Shown in pieces: positions 50,335 to 60,564 of a DNA stretch of 60,564 bases. Source of the stretch: Octopus bimaculoides (Eukaryota); NCBI RefSeq assembly GCF_001194135.2, contig NC_068992.1:51522607-51583170 (forward strand), written 5' to 3'. The position numbers and the translations under genes were made by a program. The stretch's first letter is position 1. Each line of letters starts with the position of its first letter. The notes under the pieces were generated by a model that made no database searches, was not told the DNA's origin, and worked only from the letters and a program-made list of their open reading frames with translations.

Positions 50335-51890
50335 ATATATAAACACACACACACACATACATACACACACACACATACATACACACACACACACACATAT
50401 ATAATGAATTAATAAAACATATATCAGAAAAGAAGTAATAATTGTTACAAAAAAAAAAAATTTGGATCTTTTCTGTTTGGTTACCAGAGGCTGCAAAAAT
50501 TAAAGTTTACCAAAGATTTTTTTAATTTGACACAGTAATACATTTGCCCAAACTGAAGTGCTGGAGCTATTTCATCTTTTTCCAGAAAAATGTTTTTAAA
50601 AAGTTATAGAGGTTTAAAGTTTGATCATTTTTACCCAGTCAGGAAACAGGATTTGAAGCTGTCATTTTGTGCGTGACTGCACATTTTGTCGTCAACATCC
50701 TGAAAATAGCACGTGTTGTCAATATTTGTAAACAACACGTGTTATGTCTCCGGTTATTTTCTTTCATGTAAATAAGTTTTATTTAGCTGTTATTTTTAGC
50801 ACACCTCACAACCACCAGTGTTTAAATGCAAATGCGATAAACAACACGTTACATGTGATAAACACATTACAATTTTTAAAAGAATGATTTAGAAGAATTA
50901 GATGAAAGTTCTCTGGTAATTTTCTTTCATGTAAATAAATGTTTGTTGTTAATTTAAAAGAGAAAAAAAGTTAGTTTTAAATCTCAGAGTGAGATGTTGA
51001 CAAATTAATTTTAATTTAAAAGGTTTATCAAAAAAATCTTATTTAGCTGTTATTTTTAGCACAACCACCTCAATGCTCAATGACAAAAAGAAACAAACAT
51101 TGAACAAACAATCTAAATATGTTTAACTTTTGGTTTTAATTATAAAAATATCCTCCTCTGTTTTCAGTGTTTTCATAATAGAAGCAAAGTTACTGGAGCT
51201 CGCTGCCATAATTACACAGAACACAGAACATGGCGTCAAATTTGTCAACACGTGCTTCCTCACAGATAAAAGACTTTTCAAAGACTGCTCAGATTCACTT
51301 GTTACTATGGCAGCAGGCACCTTGACAGACAAAAGAGTTCTCATGTTCTGCTTCTTACTATCGAAACAGTCATGAATGTTTGTCTGTGGCTTACGATTGG
51401 CTAAAATTAACAAAAATTTTCAAACTTAAATTACTAATAAACTCTCTATTTATTGATTTATAGTGAAAATTGCTTTCACGTCAATAATTAATCTATAATA
51501 TAAATTTGACATGGGCGAATGTTGTATTCTTTCTTGTCTTGAGGTTCACACCCATAAATTGTGTCTGGCAGAAAGATATATAATCTTTATGAACTCACAT
51601 GAGCTAGGAGGCTACCTGATCTCCAAGATGGAAGCTGTGGGAAGTTGTCCATATTTCCGGAAATTTTTACTTCAAAACTGGAAAAGCTAGCTATCAAGCA
51701 AAGAAAGACAACTCACCTGGACATAATTTTTAAGAGTAATATTTCTTCAACTATCACTGGCGTTCTTGTGTTTTTAAAAAAACATTCTTTGCAGAGAACA
51801 GTTATCGTTTAGAGAAACTGAAGCTATATCTACTTCATGCTAAATATGAAACCAATGCTATTTCTCTGAAACTGTTGCTTTACACATACA

Positions 51891-51936
<46 letters not shown>

Positions 51937-52005
51937 CACACATGCACACACAAACATAAATACTATATATACAAATATATTTATGTAAAATATATATATA
52001 CAAAC

Positions 52006-52170
52006 AGGTGCAGGCATGGCTGTGTGGTAAGAAGCTTGTTTCCCAACCACATGGTTTCAGGTTCAGTCCCACTGCATGGAAACTTGGACTAGTGTCTTCT
52101 ACTAACTATAGACTTGGGCTAACCAAAGCCTTGTGAGTGAATTTGATAGATGGAAACTGAAAGAAGCTTG

Positions 52171-52173
<3 letters not shown>
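52006..52173 (+). mobile_element. SINE family B, 5' half
   Basis: AGGTGCAGGCATGGCTGTGTGGTAAGAAGC head through GGAAACTGAAAGAAGC. Confidence 0.9.
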
Positions 52174-52210
<37 letters not shown>

Positions 52211-52212
<2 letters not shown>

Positions 52213-52547
52213 TCATCATCATCATCGCCGTCATTTAATGTCTGCTTTCCATGCTGGCATAGGTTGGATGGTTTGACTGAAGGCTGGCAAGCCAGAAGAC
52301 TGTGCTAAGTTCCAGTCTGATCTGGCAAAGTTTCTACAGCTGGTTGCATAGCAGCCAGTCAGGTGGCACTGGCAACGACCACGCTTGAATGGTGCTTTTT
52401 ATGTGCCACCAGCACAGGAGCCAGTCAGGCAGCAATAGCAACAACCACGCTTGAATGGTGCTTTTTATGTGCCACTGGCATGGGTGCCAATCAGGCAGTA
52501 CTGGAATTGGCCACAACGATAACTTCAATTGACTCAACATGTCTTTG
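52211..52547 (-). mobile_element. RTE 3' UTR copy (family C) with internal 65-bp tandem units
   Basis: (CAT)n tail followed by repeated CCACGCTTGAATGGTGCTTTTTATGTGCCAC units. Homologous to 36000-36385. Confidence 0.85.
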
Positions 52548-53277
52548 CTGCCATAGTAACAAGTGAATCTGAGCAGTCTTTGAAAAGTTTTTTATAGTAC
52601 CACCTCATCAAACACTTAAAGCTAAAAGATAATTCAGGATAAATTAAAACAAATGTGAATAAATAAGCATTACATTTGACAAAATAATCTGAATGCTAAA
52701 AGATCAATTTATTTGCATGCTAGGACTGGTTAAATTGCTTTTTGCCATAAAGGGATTGATCTCAATACACTGTTTACCCACCATTGAAAATCATTATACA
52801 GAAAAGTTGTTATGCTAATTTTCCTTGCAATAATATTTTACTAAATATTTTACACTATTTCAAGATACTTTTTGCTCAGTTCAATGTTATTTATTATTTT
52901 CATAAAACAGAAGAGAGCTTAAGGTAAGAACATAATATCTTCTTTCTTATTTTCTAACTCAAAATGCTTCATTTTGTCTTTTTGTACTTTTCTTTCCCTG
53001 TACACATGTTTTTTTGTCATTGATCATTGTTGATTATCAAATTGCTATTATCAAATTACTATTATCTAATTGTGTATTATGTTGTTTTGTACTAACTTAC
53101 TCTAGACTCTCAAATAAAATATTTTCTATCTAGCTTGATAGATATTTTTTTTAAGAATTGTAATTGTCTAGCATGTAACTAGATCTGAGATGGTATATTG
53201 GAAATGAAGCAATTACACTGTGTAAGAGTGTAAGAGCCATTTTAGTCATATGTGTGTGTGTGTGCATACATATATGC

Positions 53278-53321
<44 letters not shown>

Positions 53322-54261
53322 NNNNNNNNNNNNNNNNNNNNNNNNNNNNNNNNNNNNNNNNNNNNNNNNNNNNNNNNNNNNNNNNNNNNNNNNNNNNNNN
53401 NNNNNNNNNNNNNNNNNNNNNNNNNNNNNNNNNNNNNNNNNNNNNNNNNNNNNNNNNNNNNNNNNNNNNNNNNNNNNNNNNNNNNNNNNNNNNNNNNNNN
53501 NNNNNNNNNNNNNNNNNNNNNNNNNNNNNNNNNNNNNNNNNNNNNNNNNNNNNNNNNNNNNNNNNNNNNNNNNNNNNNNNNNNNNNNNNNNNNNNNNNNN
53601 NNNNNNNNNNNNNNNNNNNNNNNNNNNNNNNNNNNNNNNNNNNNNNNNNNNNNNNNNNNNNNNNNNNNNNNNNNNNNNNNNNNNNNNNNNNNNNNNNNNN
53701 NNNNNNNNNNNNNNNNNNNNNNNNNNNNNNNNNNNNNNNNNNNNNNNNNNNNNNNNNNNNNNNNNNNNNNNNNNNNNNNNNNNNNNNNNNNNNNNNNNNN
53801 NNNNNNNNNNNNNNNNNNNNNNNNNNNNNNNNNNNNNNNNNNNNNNNNNNNNNNNNNNNNNNNNNNNNNNNNNNNNNNNNNNNNNNNNNNNNNNNNNNNN
53901 NNNNNNNNNNNNNNNNNNNNNNNNNNNNNNNNNNNNNNNNNNNNNNNNNNNNNNNNNNNNNNNNNNNNNNNNNNNNNNNNNNNNNNNNNNNNNNNNNNNN
54001 NNNNNNNNNNNNNNNNNNNNNNNNNNNNNNNNNNNNNNNNNNNNNNNNNNNNNNNNNNNNNNNNNNNNNNNNNNNNNNNNNNNNNNNNNNNNNNNNNNNN
54101 NNNNNNNNNNNNNNNNNNNNNNNNNNNTATATATATATATATGTATGTATTTATTTGTGTGTTTATGTAAGTGTTTTTCCCACTGTAATTACTTGACAAC
54201 CGATCTTGGTGTGTTTACATCCCCGTAACCTAGTAGTTCTGCAAAAGGGACCAATAGAATA

Positions 54262-54341
54262 AGGGTCTATCGGCTGAAACGAGTTAACAACAAACAAGAT
54301 GAGGACAAATATCCGTCAAATGTAAATAATGTAAATAATGT
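54262..54341 (+). mobile_element. 5'-truncated copy of the hammerhead-SINE/PLE tail
   Basis: AGGGTCTATCGGCTGAAACG-AGTTAACAACAAACAAGATGAGGACAAATATCCGTCAAATGTAAATAATGTAAATAATGT aligns with the 3' part of the 56.1-56.6 kb elements. Confidence 0.85.
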
Positions 54342-54726
54342 GATACCAGATGTTCAGTAAAGAAAAGATAGCACTGGATATTATGTTCATCACTGTAGAC
54401 TTGGTTTCAATTTTGTGTCTAGCTTAGTACTAAACACGTCCCATTTAAAACTGTTTATGGATATCTTTATAAATATTTCTGTTTTGAATGATGTTAAGAT
54501 GTTCAACTTGTGTCCTGGTTTATACCAGTTATATTACTAAATTTTACTCAAAAGAAACTGTTAAATTCACTTAAAATTTATTTCATCGAGTGTAAAACTT
54601 TTCATGAAATAATTGTTAGTTGGTTGCCAACGTAGTTTTACCATGACTAAGAATTTAGTGCTAAGATTACAGCCGTGTGATGAAAATTTTGATTCTTCAT
54701 GAATGGAAAATTTTTTATGTTATTAA

Positions 54727-54948
54727 CACTTTCATTAACATATTTCTGCTGAGATGCACTTTCTTCATTTCAATTGATTTAGAAAATAATTAAGAACTTA
54801 GTAGAATAACTTTGTCGCTATTAAGGATGGTGTTTGGAACATGAATTGTCATGAATTTTGATGGATGTTTTTTAATTTAGATCACTTTGAAGTAGAAAGT
54901 TTATATCGTGGAACCCGAAGAAGACTTGGGTGGTTGGTATCAAAAGGA
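54727..54948. mobile_element. piggyBac-like MITE (type 2), opposite orientation to 19947-20168
   Basis: TTAA at 54723-54726 and 54949-54952. The internal sequence is the diverged reverse complement of 19947-20168. Confidence 0.65.
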
Positions 54949-56140
54949 TTAACAGGTTATAATGGCTCTTCAAAGATATTTTTAGACGTGGCTATGTGGT
55001 AAGAAGTTTGCTTCTGAAGTACATCATCCACTGCATGATACCTTTAGACCGAGTCTTGTGAGTTGATTTTGTTGACAGCTAGCAAAAGAAGCCTGTTTTA
55101 TATACAGATGGTTGATAAATTTGTACAACTGCTGCCACAATATGAAGGACATTACCATTTGTAAGGTACACCAAGACCCCCACCCCTAGTTGCAACTGTT
55201 GAGATCTTGGATCTTTCCCACATGATCAAACGTGTTTGATAAATGCAGTTGTTTATGAAGCCAACATAATTGAGAAGGAAAAATTGCGTCGGTTGATGTG
55301 ATGCCAATTTTAAAAAACTGTTATTCAAACCACCAGTCTTCTTTCTGACACATTGATAAAAAGGAAACCACTAAGTTGGCTAGCCATGTATGAAATCGGA
55401 AGACCAAATGCACACTACTCACAATCAAATGAATCATTGTGGAGAAATCTATACCATATAGAAACTGATCAAAGGCATACAAGTTATGCACAGCTGAAAG
55501 ATCATACATTCTTTTTTAGATTCAAGAATTCCACCACATTACTTAATTCCAGATCCATGATTTTTAGCAAATGTAAGCACATGAACAGGTTTCTTTTGTT
55601 GAACTGGAGGACGTCATCCACTCCAGATTGAGTAGCTGTCTCACAGATTTTGGTTTTCTTTCTGTTATATTATTCTACACCAGCTACATTAACTATGGTT
55701 TCTACATTCAAATAGGATGATGATCTTGGTTTTAATGTTCTTTTCTTTTATCTCATTCCACTTTTGCATCAACCTTCATGTCTTTTTCTTCTCAGTTTTT
55801 TCTTCTCTTTTTTCTCTCGTGTTTTCTCAAAGTGCAGTGCCTTTTTTTAAATACATATAACATTATGAACTGAACCTGAAAGTCAGCTTGTAGATAGATG
55901 ATGCTATATAAATCTACCAATTTAACATATTGTAAAGACATGAAACTATTAGTAGCTCTTTTATAATTGTGTATATTTAACTCTCACAAGATGGAAGCTC
56001 TTTTAGTTGATCCTACCTATACTGGAACTGTAAACTATGTAACTATGGTAACTATGTGTGTGTGTGCGTGTGCACGCATGCATGTGCATGTGTGTGTATC
56101 ATAGTGATTGTTCCCTCCATTTGATGACTAGTTTTATTTT

Positions 56141-56385
56141 ACATTATTTACATTATTTACATTTGACGAATATTTGTCCTCATCTTGTTTGTTGTAAACA
56201 CAACGTTTCAGCTGATATACCCTCCAGCCTTCATCGGGTGTCTTAGGGAAATTTCAAACCTCGGTTCTCATTCTTAAGGTATTTTTCGATGTTATTATTA
56301 TTAATATTATTCCAGTCACTGCCTGGAATCAAACTCAGAATCTTGGGGTAGTAGCCTGCGATCTTAACCACTAGGCCATATACCC
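56141..56385 (-). mobile_element. tRNA-headed SINE-like element with hammerhead motif and PLE-type tail
   Basis: Minus-strand head GGGTATATGGCCTAGTGGTTAAG (A box 56368-56378; B-box variant GAGTTTGATTCC 56325-56336), then an AAT linker, a hammerhead motif and an (AATGTAAAT)2 tail. No TTTT Pol III terminator in the sense strand. Confidence 0.85.
56196..56243 (-). ncRNA. Minimal type I hammerhead ribozyme motif (U4C variant)
   Basis: Sense AGACAC-CCGATGA-A-GGCTG-gagggtatat-CAGCT-GAAAC-GTT-GTGTTT: stem I AGACAC/GTGTTT, stem II GGCTG/CAGCT, palindromic AACGTT stem III, predicted cleavage after GUU. The core reads CCGAUGA instead of CUGAUGA. Confidence 0.75.
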
Positions 56386-56399
56386 TTATACACCATATG

Positions 56400-56598
56400 C
56401 CCCAAGATTCCGGGTTCGATTCCAGGCAGTGACCTGAATAACAATAATAATAACAACAACATCGAAAAATACCTTAGGAATGAGAACCCAGGCTAGAAAT
56501 TTCCCGAAGACACCTGATGAAAGCTGGAGGGTATATCAGCTGAAACATTGTGTTTACAACAAACAAGTTGAGCACAAATATCCATCAAATGTAAATGA
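56400..56598 (+). mobile_element. Second copy of the hammerhead SINE, 5'-truncated (no A box), head-to-head with the first
   Basis: Consensus B box GGTTCGATTCC at 56413-56423. Roughly 90% identical by eye to the reverse complement of 56141-56348. Confidence 0.85.
56508..56555 (+). ncRNA. Minimal type I hammerhead ribozyme motif (G16.2A variant)
   Basis: AGACAC-CTGATGA-A-AGCTG-gagggtatat-CAGCT-GAAAC-ATT-GTGTTT: intact CUGAUGA and GAAAC, Watson-Crick stem II. The cleavage triplet reads AUU, consistent with CpG decay of AACGTT. Confidence 0.78.
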
Positions 56599-58074
56599 TG
56601 CCTTGAATATACCAATCGGATGTGGGAGCAATGATCCCTCTAATTTATTTGCTATGGGTATATACAGAAATTTGCTTGTGTGCAAGTTTTATATTTATTT
56701 GCAAAGCATCCATGTGTGTAATTATCTTCAATTAAAAATATATCCTTAAAAATTTATGTGTGTAAATGTTCTTTTTATTTTTCTTTGTATGCTCACTGTA
56801 AAACGCATGCATAACTTATAAAGAACATTGCATTTGAGATACATTATTGACTCCTTACATAGCTTGCTCATAGCTAGCCAACTCGCTTGAAATGATAGAA
56901 AATGGCAACAATATCAGAGATTATTGGTTTGTATGTTATTGCTATCTAATAGCAGCACATATTTTTGTATTTAAATTGTTCTCTTGTTACATTTTCTTTA
57001 ATTACAAAACTGAAAACAAGCAAATTAAAAGGAAATACTGAAATAACTTAAGATATTGATGAGCTAAGCACATTTGTAATTTTAAGTTGTTCTTATTTAG
57101 AGTTTTTATGGCCATTTCCATCAAGCAATTTCCATGTATTTTTTGTGCCCCAAAGAAAATACTATAGTCTCTCTCAAAAGCTCATACAGTTGTATGATAG
57201 TTTTCAAGATTCAAAGAACCATTCCTCTAAAGAATTTATGTTTTTATTGATGATTTGCAATATGATAAAGGTTCTTTATTTGGCATGGCTACTCAATAAC
57301 TTAGCATTTCTTTTATCTTTTGTCCAAATAATCAAATCCTCTCTATGCTTCAATGAATTATATTTATTTAGAAACATGTTTACAAGCTATTGATAATTCT
57401 ATTTATAGGATAGCATTTAAATATTTCCTCCCCTTTCATATTTCGCTTGTTATATTCTGGTATTTTTCTCATTAATTTCCTCAGTGACAATGAAAGGAAA
57501 TAGCATTGAGTTTGTCAACTTGGTTAACAGGATCAATAAATGTATGCAGTAGATAACTTCATTATTGTATTAATTCTATTCAGAGAACCTTATCACAGCT
57601 TCCAAATGGTATATTATTATACTGATCTGTCATATCAGATTAAAGAATTATTTCCATTGAGTATTTCTGAGTTAATTCAAAATTCAGTCATACTAAAGTA
57701 ATTGGTGGCAACCATTTGGTGTAATTATTGTTCAGAGAATATACCACAGAGTAGGCAATTATTTCTGTTGTACACAGTGGTAGCCGGTCAGTTTATATGT
57801 TGACAATTGGGAGTTGCACTTGAGTTTGTAGTTTTGTATACAATCATAATATTAGCATATCGGAATGTCATTAATTGTCAAAGAGACAGACAGAAAAAGA
57901 GAATTAACATAACAGTTCTAGACATGTTAGTTCACCATTTATGGCCATCATTAGTTAGAATACGTTACTGAATATTGAGATAACTGCTGGCCATTTGGTA
58001 AGTAATTCTTGGATTTAAAATCATATTAATTGTTTTGTTTGTGACCTTATTTTTTATGAAATACTCTTTTTCAC

Positions 58075-58510
58075 TCTTTTGCTCTTTAACTTGTTTCATT
58101 CATTGTATTGTGGCTTTGCTGGAGCACTGCCTTGTAGGGTCAGGTGAACAAATTAATCTCAGGACTTATTCTTTAAACCTGGTACTTGTTTTACTATTTT
58201 ATTTGATGAATTCCACTAAGCTACAAGAAACAAATTGACATCAGTTGCCAAGCAATGGGTAGGGATGGGCATAGACACAGACACAAAGACTTACATACAA
58301 GAATACACATAAATACAAATATAAACACATTCACTCACACACACACATAAGCATACAACAGAAAACTACTTAAATTATATTTGCCAAATTCATCCAGAAA
58401 GCATAGGTATGACCATGGCTATAGTAGAAGACATGCCCAAGGACTGAACCAAAAGCCATGTAGTTTTGACAGAGACCTCTTAACCATACGGCCATGTCTG
58501 CCGGTTTCTA
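58075..58510 (-). mobile_element. SINE family B, decayed
   Basis: CTTTAACTTGTTTCATTCATTG...GCTGGAGCAC...AGGACTTATTC...GGACTGAACC...CTTAACCATACGGCCATG. Confidence 0.7.
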
Positions 58511-58615
58511 TTAATCTTGAAAATAATTGAGAATTTCAAGGAAATTCAGGAAATAATTAATCTTTATTTACTTCTTTGACAAGCAGGTGTTGAAGCAATA
58601 ATATTTTAAATAACC

Positions 58616-59043
58616 AAGGCTGTGAGCTGGCAACATCATTAGTCTGATAGGCAAAATGCTTAGCAGTATTTTGTCTCACTTTATGTTCTCAGTTCAAATT
58701 CCACCAAGGTCAACTTTACTTTTCATTCTTTCTGGATCGATAAAATATGTACCAGTTGAGCACTGGGGTTGATGTAACCTCATTTCCTGAAATTGCTGGC
58801 CTTGTGCCAAAATTTGAAACCAATATTAAAGGTAGTTTGCTGCCAGAATTGTTAGCACACAATGCAAAATACTCAGCAGCGTTTTGTCTGTGCTTATATT
58901 CCGAGTTCAAATTCTGCCTGGTTGACTTTGCCTTTCATCCTCTCAGGGTCAATAAAATAAGTATTGGCTGAGCACTAGGATCGATGTAATCAACTTACTC
59001 CTTCCTCGAAAATACTAGTCTAGTGTCAAAATTTGAAATCAAT
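58616..59043 (+). mobile_element. Two tandem SINE family D copies (58616-58826 and 58829-59043)
   Basis: Each has GAGTTCAAATT(C) + GACTTT(A/G)C(T/C)TTTCAT(T/C)C and ends GTG(C/T)CAAAATTTGAAA(C/T)CAATA. Confidence 0.8.
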
Positions 59044-59529
59044 ATATCAAATAGCCAGTAGCAGTCTCAGGCAAGCTGCTAGGATAAAACAGCTCTAGAG
59101 GGTTGATTTAGCAGATAGAAAAGATAACCAAATCATCCTTAAATCATACCCAATATTCTTTAAAAAATGTGAAAGATCTAATAGATGAAATAATCTGAGA
59201 TACATATATCCTGAAAATAACATGAAATTAAACAGCGGGAGTATTCTAATCTTAGGTCTGTTATACACCTAGTTCTAGATATAATTTCTTATATGTATAA
59301 GTATGTATCTATATGTATGTGTGTATATATAAATATATATGCAGGTATGTATGTGTATATATATCTTTATACATATAAAATGCAAATATATAAACCTATA
59401 TGTTACCTATATGTTACCTTTCATCCTTTTGGAGGGGTCCATGAAATATGTACCAGCTGAGTGCTGGAGGTCAATGGAATTAAGTAACTCCCTGCCTCCA
59501 ATTTTGTGCCTTGTGCTTATAAAAAATCC

Positions 59530-59836
59530 CCATGAGATTGCAGCTAGAAAGTTCCCCGCTGAGTCACAAGTCTGGGCAATGTTGTTTATGGACAACTAGT
59601 AGTCGTCCATGCATAACAGCCTCCTCTCCCCACACCACTAATGTTGTCCAAGGGAAAGGCAAAAATTGATACAGCTTGGCGCCAGTGATGGCACAACTCA
59701 TTTCTACAGATGAGTGAAATGGAGCAGCATGAAATAAAGTTTCTTCTTCAAGAACACAACACAGTTCAGTCTGGGAATCAAACTAACAACCTCATGATTG
59801 TGAGCTCAACACTCTAACCACTGAGCCATGTGCCTT
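59530..59836 (-). mobile_element. SINE family E
   Basis: Reverse complement of 7061-7385. Confidence 0.85.
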
Positions 59837-60521
59837 GTGCTTATAGTAGAAAGGATATATGCATGCATATGGATGTGTGTGAATGTTGACCTCTCATGGC
59901 TTTGCTTAAGTAAAACCGTTGCATATTTCTTTTCTTTAGGTCATTATGACTAGCCATTCTGTGCTTTAGAAGATCAGTGAAATAGCAAATCCTTAGGTTG
60001 GCAATGGCAGGAATCACATCCAGCCATTAAATTTAGGTTTAAATACATCCTTGCACAATCTGTGTTAGCAAGGCAAAAATGGACATTAAATAAATAACTA
60101 AATAAATGATTTATTAACTAGGAGTCCAGTATTTTATCTCCATAGAAACACACACATCAATATTAGATTCCATAAAAATAACTTAATATTCAATTTCTAT
60201 TGCTTTTTTTTATTTATGGCTATCTGATGTAGGAGGAAAATATCAATAATGGCTTTGAATAAAATGCAACTCTACTTAAAGGTGTTTCTCTTTAATTTTA
60301 AAGACATTATATTTTGAATTATTGCCTTTAATCATGTTTATTTTATCGAGGTGATTCAGTAAAGGCAGCTCAGATGTAGTTCGTTATGGGACTGAGTTTT
60401 AAATTTCCATGCAAAGAGTTCAAATCCTATTCATCATTGTCAGTATCACCAACACCACCACCAAATCCTCCAAATATGTAGCAGGAAGAAAGGGCGGGAA
60501 AGACAGAGACTGAGACAGATA

Positions 60522-60564
<43 letters not shown>

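Overview
AT-rich, gap-containing eukaryotic genomic DNA. The repeat content (tRNA-headed SINE families, RTE LINE with (GAT)n tails, dense TA/GATA/CAT/AAT microsatellites) points to an octopus-type cephalopod; this is inferred from repeat patterns, not from a search. I cannot support any host protein-coding exon or real RNA gene, so the window looks intergenic or deep intronic. Nearly all listed ORFs are microsatellite or N-gap artefacts. Recognisable content: a Penelope-like element (PLE) reverse-transcriptase fragment (2-340, minus), a second decayed PLE (about 47.3-47.8 kb), a pseudogenised RTE LINE (11.4-13.1 kb) with many 3' fragments, a Dong/R4-type LINE end, three mariner remnants, Tc1/mariner and piggyBac-like MITEs, and many SINE copies. 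The best lead is a tRNA-headed (Pol III A/B box) SINE-like element at 56.1-56.6 kb, present as a head-to-head inverted pair. Each copy contains a minimal type I hammerhead ribozyme motif and ends in the same tail that abuts the PLE RT fragment at position 340. This suggests a self-cleaving, PLE-mobilised SINE or retrozyme family. Each genomic copy has one core substitution, so activity is untested.
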